Of a stretch of 64,000 bases of DNA, positions 44,695-53,150 are shown one piece after another (positions within the stretch are counted from its first letter, which is position 1; each line of letters starts with the position of its first letter). Below the pieces are notes generated by a model that was not told where the DNA came from, searched no databases, and was given only the letters and a program-made list of their open reading frames with translations. The translations under genes were made by a program, and so were the position numbers. Origin of the DNA: an uncultured Actinomycetes bacterium (GTDB lineage Bacteria > Actinomycetota > Thermoleophilia > Gaiellales > Gaiellaceae). Location of the stretch: positions 139,362 through 203,361 of the forward strand of contig CAVVCN010000002.1 of the NCBI GenBank assembly GCA_963746765.1, written 5' to 3'.

Positions 44695-45075
44695 CTACAG
44701 CGGCGCGTACAGGTCGACCGGAACGCCGTTCGGATCGCGGAGCTGCGCGTAGCGCTGGCCCCAGAACGCGTCCCACGGCTCCTTCTCGGCCTCGAAGCCG
44801 GCAGCAGCGGCCCGCTCGTAGGTCTCGTCCACCTCGGACGCGCTCGCGCACTCGAACGCGAGGCCGAGCTGGTTTCCGGTCTCGCGCGTCCAGTCCGGAC
44901 GGAAGCTGCGAACGGTCTCCTCGGAGTCGAGCATCAAGCGGACGCCGTTCGGCAGGAACGTGTCCACGTGGCCCTCGTCCGGCGTCTCGGGCACGTCGAG
45001 CCCGAGGATGCGGTAGAAGCGGATCGACTCCGCCATGTCCGACACGACGATCCCGATCGCGTTCAGCGCGGGCAT
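44695..45075 (-). CDS. VOC family protein
   Basis: 126 aa. IGIVVSDMAESIRFY...WGQRYAQLRDPNGVPVDL. Confidence 0.8.
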   Translation of the reverse strand: MPALNAIGIVVSDMAESIRFYRILGLDVPETPDEGHVDTFLPNGVRLMLDSEETVRSFRPDWTRETGNQLGLAFECASASEVDETYERAAAAGFEAEKEPWDAFWGQRYAQLRDPNGVPVDLYAPL

Positions 45076-45276
45076 GCCGGGAACCTACCTCGCGGGCATG
45101 GCGCGGCGCGGCAGGCCCGTGCGACCGCCGCGCGGGCTATGGTGACACACGGCTTTCCCCCTCGTATCGCGGCGCGAGCCCGTTGCGAAAGCTTCGAGAG
45201 GGAGCCTGTTCTACCCGCTCCATCCCGGAATCCGAGGCCTGCCGCCGGCGAGCGAGCGGGAGAGAGGAAGTGAGCT

Positions 45277-45462
45277 TTGAGCAAGAACCGACAGCAGACG
45301 ATGGCGAAGGCGGCGCGAGAGCGAACGGTCAGGGAACGCCGCGAGCGCAAGCTCGTGAAGAAGCAGGCCGCCAAGGAGGAGCGGCGGGCGAGAGCGGCGG
45401 GCGAGCTGCCCGCATCCGAGCCGGACGCGATCGAGCCGAGCCCGTCGGCTCTTCCCGCGTAG
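45277..45462 (+). CDS. small Lys/Arg-rich protein, unknown function
   Basis: TTG start 7 nt after GAGAGGAAG. This frame has clearly higher GC3 than the overlapping frame (ORF 45183..45479). 61 aa, basic N-half and acidic/Pro C-half. Confidence 0.5.
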   Translation: MSKNRQQTMAKAARERTVRERRERKLVKKQAAKEERRARAAGELPASEPDAIEPSPSALPA

Positions 45463-45475
45463 AGCGCTCTCCCGA

Positions 45476-45784
45476 CTAGGCGCTCTCCTCGATCCGCATC
45501 ATCCCGACCGACACGATCGTCCGGTACCGCGGAAAGGCGTGGTGCCCGGCCTGGAGCAGGTACTGGTCTCCTGCCACGAGCATGCGGCGGTAGACGTAGA
45601 GCGGAACCCGGATCGCGCGCTCGCAGTCGCTCTTCGAGCACTCGCAGGCCAGCTCGACGAGGCCCTGTGCGTCGGCGGGCAAGTCGCCGTCGGCGGCCTT
45701 CTGCTCGTTCGTTGCCCGGCGCGCGACGCGGTGAGCGATCCCTTCTTCCTCGGTCGGCGCACGCTCGTCGGCGAATGCGGCCAC
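45476..45784 (-). CDS. hypothetical protein (Cys-containing C-terminal domain)
   Basis: GTG 45784 lies 5 nt after AGGAGGAG, and GC3 rises only downstream of this start. CECSKSDCERAIRVPLYVYRR... has no recognised family. Confidence 0.5.
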   Translation of the reverse strand: MAAFADERAPTEEEGIAHRVARRATNEQKAADGDLPADAQGLVELACECSKSDCERAIRVPLYVYRRMLVAGDQYLLQAGHHAFPRYRTIVSVGMMRIEESA

Positions 45785-45920
45785 TTCGTCTCCTCCTGTC
45801 GTGGGCGGATCGGAGGAGGCTCGGCGTCCCGTCGCTCCTCCTGCCATGAACGGATAAGGAGGGCGCAGGGCGCCTTCGGTATACGTCCTGTCCTCGCGAA
45901 GTGTAGGCGAACGCGCTGGA

Positions 45921-46427
45921 CTAGCTTCCGAGCGGAGCGAGTTGCTCGTCGATCCAGGCCTCGGCTTCGGCAGGCTCGACGCCGCGCACGAGGCTGATCT
46001 CGCCGGAGAGCAGCTCGCGGGCCTTCACGCGGAGCGCACGCTCGCCGGTGGGGAGCGACTTGCTGCTCCGACTCGCGGTCCGTGCCTGTTCCTGGCGGGC
46101 GCCGTCCCGCACGATCGCAGCGAGCTCGAGCGGGTCCCCTCGCCGCAGCGTCTCCTGCAGGTGCTTGAGGCGCACCGACCAGACCTCGTCGCTCGTGACG
46201 CCTTCCTCGCGCAAGGTCTCCTGGATGCGTCGCAGGTCGGCCTCGCTCGCGAGCGGGCGCAAGAGCTGACGCGCTCGCTCCAGAGGCAGCGTCACGGAAA
46301 GGTCGTCGGCAAGCGTGAGCACGATGACTTCGTTCTCGACGCCCTCGACAGTCCGGGTCTCCACCGCGGCCACGCGGCCGACGCCGTGCGGAGGATAGGC
46401 GACCACCGTGCCGACTGCGAGCTTCAC
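45921..46427 (-). CDS. carD: CarD family transcriptional regulator
   Basis: GTG start. GTVVAYPPHGVGRV...VIVL N-terminal RNAP-interaction (TRCF-RID-like) domain and a helical C-terminal domain; 168 aa. Confidence 0.85.
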   Translation of the reverse strand: MKLAVGTVVAYPPHGVGRVAAVETRTVEGVENEVIVLTLADDLSVTLPLERARQLLRPLASEADLRRIQETLREEGVTSDEVWSVRLKHLQETLRRGDPLELAAIVRDGARQEQARTASRSSKSLPTGERALRVKARELLSGEISLVRGVEPAEAEAWIDEQLAPLGS

Positions 46428-46521
46428 GGATCCAGCCTAGCGGTGAGGCTGGAGCTGGTCGCGATTTCGTTGCCAGCAGCGGGCCGTCCTGCCCGCCGAG
46501 CGCCAGGCAGACTCCTGCGTC

Positions 46522-47349
46522 ATGCGCCCGATCGAGCAACAGGTCGTCCTCGTGACGGGGTCGACCGACGGCCTCGGTCGTGCGCTCGCGGCCGAGCTCG
46601 CCGGCCGGGGCGCAACCGTCTTGCTGCACGGCCGCGATCTCGCGAAGGGCGAGGCCACGCTGCACGCGATCCGGGACGCGACCGGGAACGACCGCGTCGC
46701 TTTCCACCTGGCCGACCTCGCCTCCCTCGCCCAGGTGCGCGGGCTGGCGGAGAAGGTGTCGGGCGAGCAGGAGCAGCTGGACGTCCTCGTCAACAACGCA
46801 GGCATCGGCTTCGGCGGCACCGGCCCCGACGAGCGTGAGGTGAGCGAGGACGGCTACGAGCTGCGGTTCGCAGTGAACTATCTCGCTCCGTACCTTCTGA
46901 CGCGGCTGCTCGAGCCGCTGCTCGTCCGCTCGGCGCCGGCCCGGATCGTGAACGTCGCCTCGGCGGGCCAGGCGCCGATCGACTTCGACGACGTCATGCT
47001 CGAGCGGCGCTACAGCGGTGTCCAGGCGTACTGCCAGAGCAAGCTCGCGGACGTGATGCTCGCCTTCGACCTCGCCGACGAGCTGCGCGGCCGAGGCGTG
47101 ACGGCGAACAGCCTGCATCCGGGCACGTACATGCCGACGAACATGGTGCTGGACGCAGGCGTCACGCCTGTCGACACGCTCGAGACGGGTGTCGGCTCGA
47201 CGATGCGGCTCGCCGTCGACCCCGAGCTCGGGGGTGTCACGGGCACGTACTTCGAGCGCGTGCGCGAGGGGACAGCGCACGCGCAGGCCTACGACGCGGA
47301 CGCGCGTCGGCGTCTTCGCCGGCTCAGCGTGGAGCTCGTCGGCGCTTGA
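46522..47349 (+). CDS. SDR family oxidoreductase (retinol-dehydrogenase-like)
   Basis: VTGSTDGLG, NNAG, YCQSK; 275 aa. Confidence 0.9.
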   Translation: MRPIEQQVVLVTGSTDGLGRALAAELAGRGATVLLHGRDLAKGEATLHAIRDATGNDRVAFHLADLASLAQVRGLAEKVSGEQEQLDVLVNNAGIGFGGTGPDEREVSEDGYELRFAVNYLAPYLLTRLLEPLLVRSAPARIVNVASAGQAPIDFDDVMLERRYSGVQAYCQSKLADVMLAFDLADELRGRGVTANSLHPGTYMPTNMVLDAGVTPVDTLETGVGSTMRLAVDPELGGVTGTYFERVREGTAHAQAYDADARRRLRRLSVELVGA

Positions 47350-47382
47350 CCTTGCCCTTGGGGCAGGCCGTAGCGTGGGAGT

Positions 47383-47400
47383 GCCGGGCGTCCGCCCGGC
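47383..47400 (+). terminator. GC hairpin downstream of the SDR gene (possible terminator or attenuator)
   Basis: GCCGGGC-gtcc-GCCCGGC has a perfect 7-bp stem but no U-tract. It lies 34 nt after the stop and 15 nt before the MerR-like start. Confidence 0.3.
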
Positions 47401-47414
47401 ATGGAGGAGGTGAC

Positions 47415-48266
47415 GTGGAGGCACGCTCACACAGGAGGGCTACGCTCGAGTCGGTGGAGGAGCTGCTGACGATCGGCGTCTTCGCGAGACGCTCGCGGCT
47501 GTCCCCGAAAGCGCTCCGGCTGTACGAGCGGCTGGGGGTGCTCGCGCCCTCGCACGTCGATCCCGACAACGGGTACCGGCGCTACGGCGAGAGCCAGCTC
47601 GAAGCGGCACGGCTCGTGGCGCTGCTCCGCCGGCTGGACATGCCACTCGCGGACGTGCGGAGGATCGTGGCGGCGCCGGAGGGAGAGCGTGCAGCGCTGG
47701 TGGACGCCTACTGGGACTCGGTCGAACGCGACCTCGCGTCGCAGCGGGAGCTCGTCGCGCACCTCCGCATCCGGCTATCGGGAGCAGAAGGGAGCTTCGA
47801 CATGTACGAGATCCAGGAACGCGACGTCCCCGAGCAGCTCGTGCTCACGGAGCAGCGGCACGTATGCGTGCCGGAGCTGTCCGAGTGGTTGCCCGATGCG
47901 ATCGGGCGGCTCGTCGCGACGGCGCAGCAGGGTGGAGGCGTGACTGCCCCCGTCTTCGTCGTCTACCACGGGGAGGTCAACGAGGACAGCGACGGCCCGG
48001 TCGAGGTCTGCGTGCCCGTCGAGGCCGAAGCGGATGCGAGCGGCGCCCCGACCCGGGTCGAGCCCGCACACCGCGAGGCGTACACGCGGATCACGAAGGC
48101 CCAGGTCGAGTACCCGCAGATCCTCTCGGCGTTCGACGCTGTCGCGCAGTGGATCGAGGGGGAGCGGCGGTCGGTCGTCGGTTCCCCGCGCGAGGTGTAC
48201 TTCGCCGACTGGGACGCGTCCGGGCCGACCGACGAGGTCTGCGACATCGCGTTCCCGGTCTCGTAG
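47415..48266 (+). CDS. MerR family transcriptional regulator with GyrI-like effector-binding domain
   Basis: GTG 47415 lies 4 nt after GGAGGAGG. HTH TIGVFARRSRLSPKALRLYERLGVL...YRRY. The C-terminal half has a GyrI-like pattern (YEIQERDVPEQLVL...VFVVYHG). Confidence 0.85.
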   Translation: MEARSHRRATLESVEELLTIGVFARRSRLSPKALRLYERLGVLAPSHVDPDNGYRRYGESQLEAARLVALLRRLDMPLADVRRIVAAPEGERAALVDAYWDSVERDLASQRELVAHLRIRLSGAEGSFDMYEIQERDVPEQLVLTEQRHVCVPELSEWLPDAIGRLVATAQQGGGVTAPVFVVYHGEVNEDSDGPVEVCVPVEAEADASGAPTRVEPAHREAYTRITKAQVEYPQILSAFDAVAQWIEGERRSVVGSPREVYFADWDASGPTDEVCDIAFPVS

Positions 48267-48268
48267 AA

Positions 48269-48670
48269 GTGCGGCTCGTGCCGGTCGGCGTCGTCCGTTC
48301 CACGCTGCGAACGCGTGCGGACGCGCCACGCCAGGGCGGCGAGGGTGCGCCTGACGCCTCGATCCTCCTGGAGCCGTCCTTCGCGGACGCGCTCCGCGGC
48401 GTCGGCGTCGGCGACGAGCTGTTCCTCGTGACGTGGCTGCACGAGGCGCAGCGCGACGTGCTGCAAGTCCACCCGCGGGACGACGTGAGCCGCCCGCTCA
48501 CGGGCGTCTTCGCGACGCGGTCGTCCGATCGGCCGAACCCGCTCGGGCTCCACCGGGTGACGGTGCGCCGAATCGACGGGCTCGAGCTACGGGTCGGCCC
48601 GCTCGAGGCGATCGACGGGACGCCGGTCGTCGACCTCAAGCCGGTTCTGCAATCGGATCCTGCGGGCTAG
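48269..48670 (+). CDS. TrmO/TsaA-like (UPF0066) SAM-dependent methyltransferase domain protein
   Basis: GTG 48269. VPVGVVRS...APRQG, RPNPLGLHRV, LEAIDGTPVVDLKP. Confidence 0.8.
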   Translation: MRLVPVGVVRSTLRTRADAPRQGGEGAPDASILLEPSFADALRGVGVGDELFLVTWLHEAQRDVLQVHPRDDVSRPLTGVFATRSSDRPNPLGLHRVTVRRIDGLELRVGPLEAIDGTPVVDLKPVLQSDPAG

Positions 48671-48689
48671 GCCGTCCTATCATCGAGCG

Positions 48690-49694
48690 ATGAAGGAACG
48701 CGCCACTATCCGCGACGTCGCGGCTCGCGCGGGCGTGTCGTCCGCGACCGTCTCGTACGTCCTGAACGGCAAAGGGGGCGTGGGCGTCGAGACCGCCGAG
48801 CGGGTGCGCGCCGCGGCCGTCGAGCTCGGGTACCGGCCGAACGCCGCTGCGCGGACGCTCTCGACCCGGAGGACGGGGCTCGTGGGCATCGTCCTCGGCA
48901 ACGGCTGTGGCCACGCGGGGCTCACGCTCACGTTCTTCGGGCGCGTGCTCGAGGCAATCTCGAGGAGCCTCCTCGACCGGGGTTACGAGGCGCTCCTCGT
49001 CGATCCGACCGATGTGGACGTCGCCGACCGCGTCGACGGCGTGATCCTCGTGGGGGTCGTCGACGGCGAGCCGATCCTGGGCGAGCTCACGGAGGCGAAC
49101 GTGCCGTGCGTCGGCGTCGACTTCGAAACAGACGCGCTGCGGTGCGGCTACGTGGGCTCCGACAATCTCGAAGGTGTGCGTCTCGTCCTGAGGCACCTGC
49201 ACTCGCTGGGACACCGCCGGATCGCGACGATCACCGGCGCGCTTGCGACCATGCCGGCTGCCGAGCGTCTCGCGGCGTTCCGGCAGGAGGCGGAAGCGCT
49301 CGGCCTGGACGTCCCCAAGGGATACGTTCGCTTCGGTGACTACTCGGCCGCGTCCGGCTACCGCGAGGCCCAGGTGCTCGTGGCCCTGGCGCAGCCGCCG
49401 ACCGCCATCGTCGCGGCATCCGACCTCATGGCGCTCGCTGCGCTGCAGGCCGTGCGCGACTTCGGGGCCGAGCCCGGTCGCGACATCGCGGTCGTGGGCT
49501 GGGACGACCTCGAGGCGGCGAGCCTCTCGCACCCGCGGCTGACGACCGTGCGCCAGGACCGAGACGCACTCGGCGTCGCCGCGGCGGGTGCGCTCCTCGA
49601 GATGATCGAGCGCGCCGGCCACGAGCCGCCACGTCGGCTGCTTCCGGTCGAGCTTGTCGTGCGCGCGTCGTCGGGCGCGCTCGTCGCGGCTTAG
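48690..49694 (+). CDS. LacI family transcriptional regulator
   Basis: HTH TIRDVAARAGVSSATVSYVLNG followed by a periplasmic-binding-like sugar-binding domain; 334 aa. Confidence 0.9.
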   Translation: MKERATIRDVAARAGVSSATVSYVLNGKGGVGVETAERVRAAAVELGYRPNAAARTLSTRRTGLVGIVLGNGCGHAGLTLTFFGRVLEAISRSLLDRGYEALLVDPTDVDVADRVDGVILVGVVDGEPILGELTEANVPCVGVDFETDALRCGYVGSDNLEGVRLVLRHLHSLGHRRIATITGALATMPAAERLAAFRQEAEALGLDVPKGYVRFGDYSAASGYREAQVLVALAQPPTAIVAASDLMALAALQAVRDFGAEPGRDIAVVGWDDLEAASLSHPRLTTVRQDRDALGVAAAGALLEMIERAGHEPPRRLLPVELVVRASSGALVAA

Positions 49695-49778
49695 GTAAGT
49701 CACCCGGAACGCGTCTGCCTGCGCCACGAGCGTGCGGACTCGGCCGGTCCCGCCGGCCGAGTCCGCATCGCTCGCGTC

Positions 49779-50711
49779 TCAGGCGGCGTGCGCGATGGCT
49801 GCCTCGGCCGCGAATCCGTCGCGCCAGCTCGGGTAGCGGAGCGTCCAGCCGAGCTCCCGCTTCGCCTTCGCGTTCGACGCGCCGCGGAGCTGCGTCATCA
49901 TCACGACGCCGAGCTCGCCGGCGAACAGCTTCGCGAGCCAGACCGGGACCTTGCGCGGCGGCGGGGCTCCGACCGCCTCCGCGAGCGCGGGGAGCACCTC
50001 GTGCGCCGGCGCCGGGTCGTCGTCCGTGACGTGGTAGATCCCGGGCTTGCCTCGCTCGAGCGCGAGCACGGTGGCGGCAGCCGCGTCCTCGACGTGCACG
50101 AACGACCACACGCCGCCGCCGTCTCCGACGATCGGCATCTTCCGCTCGCGGATGGCGTCGAGCGCGGGGTCGACCGGGGCGCCGTAGAAGGCGCCGTAGC
50201 GGAGCGCGATGCCGCCTGCGCCGACCACGGCCGTCTCGAGGTGCTTGATCGCCGCGACCGTGGTGCGGACACCCTCGGGCGGATCGTCGTCCAGCGGGTC
50301 CTCCTCGGTCTTGACCGGTCCTCCGACGCGCGCGAGCGGCCATCCCGCGTAGCTCTGGGCGACGAACCGGCCGACGCCGGCCTCCTTCGCCGCGGCGAGC
50401 AGGTTGTCCGTTCCCTCCGTCCGCAGTCGATTGGTCCTCGCGAACGACTCGGCGAAGTGCTTGAAGTCGATGCCTTCGCCCAGTGCCGTCGCCTCGTGAG
50501 CGATCGCGTCCGGCTTCGTATCGAGCACGAGCTGGCGCACCGCATCGCGGTCGAGCACGTCCAGGACTGCGGGCTCGGCTCCGAGGGCGCGCACCGCCTC
50601 GGCTCGCTCCTGCGTCCGCGACGTGCCGACCACCTCGTGGCCGCGCTGCACGAGCTGCGACACGAGCGGCGTACCAACAGCTCCCGTTGCTCCGATGACC
50701 AGAACCTTCAT
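49779..50711 (-). CDS. NAD(P)-dependent epimerase/oxidoreductase (atypical SDR): the COE-type partner gene of the ECF41 sigma factor
   Basis: ATG 50711 with RBS GGAGACGAG. MKVLVIGATGAVG Rossmann motif. Divergent from the ECF41 sigma gene. Confidence 0.85.
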   Translation of the reverse strand: MKVLVIGATGAVGTPLVSQLVQRGHEVVGTSRTQERAEAVRALGAEPAVLDVLDRDAVRQLVLDTKPDAIAHEATALGEGIDFKHFAESFARTNRLRTEGTDNLLAAAKEAGVGRFVAQSYAGWPLARVGGPVKTEEDPLDDDPPEGVRTTVAAIKHLETAVVGAGGIALRYGAFYGAPVDPALDAIRERKMPIVGDGGGVWSFVHVEDAAAATVLALERGKPGIYHVTDDDPAPAHEVLPALAEAVGAPPPRKVPVWLAKLFAGELGVVMMTQLRGASNAKAKRELGWTLRYPSWRDGFAAEAAIAHAA

Positions 50712-50737
50712 CTCGTCTCCTTTCGTCTCACCCCGTA

Positions 50738-50764
50738 GACGGAGGACCTCCACGCTGTGTGACA
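50738..50764 (-). promoter_or_regulatory. ECF41-type promoter (TGTCACA-N16-CGTC) driving the epimerase gene
   Basis: The minus strand reads TGTCACA-cagcgtggaggtcctc-CGTC, an exact motif with exact 16-nt spacing. The -10 element ends 26 nt upstream of ATG 50711. Confidence 0.6.
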
Positions 50765-50777
50765 CCTGGTGCGACGC

Positions 50778-50804
50778 CGTCACAGCTCGGGCTGCTATCC
50801 CGTC
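50778..50804 (+). promoter_or_regulatory. second, near-consensus ECF41-type promoter (CGTCACA-N16-CGTC) upstream of the sigma gene
   Basis: The plus strand reads CGTCACA-gctcgggctgctatcc-CGTC. There is one mismatch in the -35 element and exact 16-nt spacing. It ends 8 nt before ATG 50813. Confidence 0.45.
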
Positions 50805-50812
50805 TACCAGGC

Positions 50813-51670
50813 ATGGAGACGCAGGAGGAGCTGCGGCCGTATCTGTTCGCGATCGCCTACCGCATGCTCGGTTCGGTCGCGGATGCCGAGGACGTCGTGC
50901 AGGAGGCGTTCCTCCGGTATCACGCGGCCGACGTCGAGCCGGACTCGCCGAAGGCGTACCTCGCGACGATCACCACCCGCCTCGCCATCGACCACCTGCG
51001 CTCGGCGCGGATGCAGCGCGAGGTCTATCCCGGAGAGTGGCTGCCGGAGCCGCTCGCCGAGGAGGACGCGGCCCGGCATGCGGAGATGGCGGATTCCCTG
51101 TCGCTCGCGTTTCTCCACCTGCTCGAGAAGCTGTCACCCGTCGAGCGCGCGGTCTTCCTCCTGCGCGAGGTCTTCGACTACCCGTACGACGAGGTCGCCC
51201 GCATCGTCGGCAAGTCGGAGGCGAACAGCCGGCAGATCCTCTCGCGCGCACATGTGCACATCGACGATGGGAGGCGGCGCTTCGACGTGTCGCGGGAGGA
51301 GCGCGAGGAGGTCGCGCGACGGTTCATGGACGCATGGGAGACGGGCGACACGGAGGCTCTGGTCGCGGTGCTCGCGCCCGACGCGACGCTGTACGGGGAC
51401 GGCGGCGGGAAGGCTCCTTCGATCCGCGAGCCGCTCGTCGGTGCCCTCCGTGTCGCGAAAGCGCTCATCGGCTGGCGGCCGAAGCTGCTCGCCCAGGGCG
51501 TGACGCACCGAGTTGTCGACGTCAACGGCGAGCCCGGATTCGTCTACTACTGGCCGGACGGCCGCGTTGCCGGAGTCCAGGAGCTCGAGATCGCCGACGG
51601 CGTCGTCGTCGCGGTTCGGGCGATCGCCAACCCCGACAAGCTCTCGCACCTCGCGACGCTGGGTCTCTAG
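50813..51670 (+). CDS. ECF sigma factor, group ECF41 (SigJ-like) with fused C-terminal SnoaL-like regulatory domain
   Basis: Region 2 YLFAIAYRMLGSVADAEDVVQEAF; region 4 LSPVERAVFLLREVFDYPYDEVARIVGKSEANSRQILSRA. The C-terminal extension carries the group-typical DGGGK and NPDKL motifs. Confidence 0.85.
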   Translation: METQEELRPYLFAIAYRMLGSVADAEDVVQEAFLRYHAADVEPDSPKAYLATITTRLAIDHLRSARMQREVYPGEWLPEPLAEEDAARHAEMADSLSLAFLHLLEKLSPVERAVFLLREVFDYPYDEVARIVGKSEANSRQILSRAHVHIDDGRRRFDVSREEREEVARRFMDAWETGDTEALVAVLAPDATLYGDGGGKAPSIREPLVGALRVAKALIGWRPKLLAQGVTHRVVDVNGEPGFVYYWPDGRVAGVQELEIADGVVVAVRAIANPDKLSHLATLGL

Positions 51671-52056
51671 CGCTCGGCGTGCAGCAAGTCGCCCTGCTCG
51701 CCGAGCACGAGGTCGCGCTCGGGATTCGGGACGTGATCCTTCAGCACGGGCGCCAGTGCCTCGACGAACGTCATCCCGCCCTCGGTCGAGAGCTCGTGCT
51801 CGATGCCGCGGTTCACGACCACGACGTCGCCCGGCCCGAGCGTCTTCGTCTCGTCTCCGACGGTCATCGTCACGTCGCCCTCGACGATCCACATCACCTG
51901 CTCCGCGGTCGGGTGCGAGTGTCGCGCGACGGTCGTGCCCGGCTCGTACGTGACGTGGCAGATCATCACCTGCTCGCCGCCGATGGCATGGATCGCCACG
52001 CCCGGGAAGAGGGCGTGGCGATCGACGCCGTTCCACGTCCTGAAGGGGGAGCTCAG
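51667..52056 (-). CDS. cupin domain protein
   Basis: VARHSHPTAEQVMWIVEGDV...GPGDVVVVNRGIEHE. The start is uncertain: CTG 52056 overlapping the upstream stop, or GTG 52002. Confidence 0.65.
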   Translation of the reverse strand: MSSPFRTWNGVDRHALFPGVAIHAIGGEQVMICHVTYEPGTTVARHSHPTAEQVMWIVEGDVTMTVGDETKTLGPGDVVVVNRGIEHELSTEGGMTFVEALAPVLKDHVPNPERDLVLGEQGDLLHAER

Positions 52057-53150
52057 GCGGGAACCTCGAAGCGCATGCCGCCGTCCGAGACCGTGTTCAC
52101 CGACAGCTCCTCGTCGAACACGACGAGCTTGCCCTCGCGGCGTGGCTCCTTCTTCGCCTCGAGGGCCCGCAGGACGCGCTCGGGCGTGATCGGGAGCTCC
52201 GTGACCCAGACGCCGACGGCGTCGTAGACCGCGGCCGCGATCGCGGGCGGCTGCGGGTTGTTCGCCATCTCGCCGATGCCCTTCGCTCCGTAGGGGCCGT
52301 CCGCCGACGGGTTCTCGATGAGGATCGTGTCGATCTGCGGCATGTCCTCCATGCCGGGCGCGAGGTAGCTCCCGAACGACCCGCCGCGGTGCTCCACGTC
52401 CGGGTAGTACGGGTAGCAGTTCTCGAGCACGCCGAGCCCGAGGCCCATCATGGCGCCGCCCTCGATCTGGCCCTCGACGAGCGTCGGGTTGAGCGCACGG
52501 CCGACGTCGTAGCACTGCTGGAGCCGGAGGACGCGCACCTGCCCCGTCTCGTCGTCCACCTCGACCTCGGCCGCACAGGTCGCGTACGAGATCGCCGAGT
52601 GGGGTGGGAGGTCGACCTGCCCCGTCTCGGCGTCGATGATGGCGGCGTACGGCTTGAGCTGTGCGCCGGTGCCCGTAATCAGCTCTCCGTGGTTGAACGT
52701 GGCGGCTCCGGCCACGTCCGCGACCGACAGCTTCGTCTGCGGCGAGCCCTTCGCGATCACCTCGCCCTCCACGATCTCGAGGTCGGCGGGGTCGATCTCG
52801 AGCTCCTTGCCCGCGATCTCGAGCAGCTTCTGCTTCACCTGCAGCGCGGCCTTCTCGGCTGCCTTGCCGGCGACGAACGTCGCCCGGGACGCGAACGTGC
52901 CGGTGCACATCGGGGACGAGTCCGTGTTCGAGTTGTCGTACGTGATCCAGTCGTAGGGGACGCCGATCGTCTCGGCCACGATCTGGGACTGGATCGTCTT
53001 CGACCCGTTCCCGATGTCCGAGGTACCGGCGAAGACGTCGATGCGACCGTCGGGCTTGACCTTGATCCATGCCTGCGACGGGTCGCCGTTCTGGTTCATG
53101 CCCGTCGGGTACTCGATCGCCGCGATCCCGCGGCCCTTGTGCCTGGCCAT
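52053..53150 (-). CDS. xanthine dehydrogenase family molybdopterin-binding subunit, C-terminal half of a split large subunit
   Basis: ATG 53150 lies in TGATG with the upstream stop, with GGAGGA 6 nt upstream. GRGIAAIEYPTG, DIGNGSKT, AAEVEVDDETGQV, GQIEGGAMMGLG, GPYGAKGIGE. Confidence 0.85.
   Translation of the reverse strand: MARHKGRGIAAIEYPTGMNQNGDPSQAWIKVKPDGRIDVFAGTSDIGNGSKTIQSQIVAETIGVPYDWITYDNSNTDSSPMCTGTFASRATFVAGKAAEKAALQVKQKLLEIAGKELEIDPADLEIVEGEVIAKGSPQTKLSVADVAGAATFNHGELITGTGAQLKPYAAIIDAETGQVDLPPHSAISYATCAAEVEVDDETGQVRVLRLQQCYDVGRALNPTLVEGQIEGGAMMGLGLGVLENCYPYYPDVEHRGGSFGSYLAPGMEDMPQIDTILIENPSADGPYGAKGIGEMANNPQPPAIAAAVYDAVGVWVTELPITPERVLRALEAKKEPRREGKLVVFDEELSVNTVSDGGMRFEVPA

Noticed and set aside
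45076-45276. Possible structured RNA in the 200-nt gap before the small basic protein gene (CCCGCTC ... GAGCGGG pairing).
   Set aside because: There is only one 7-bp long-range pairing with a large unstructured loop, and no similarity to RNA families I know. It is insufficient without covariation evidence.
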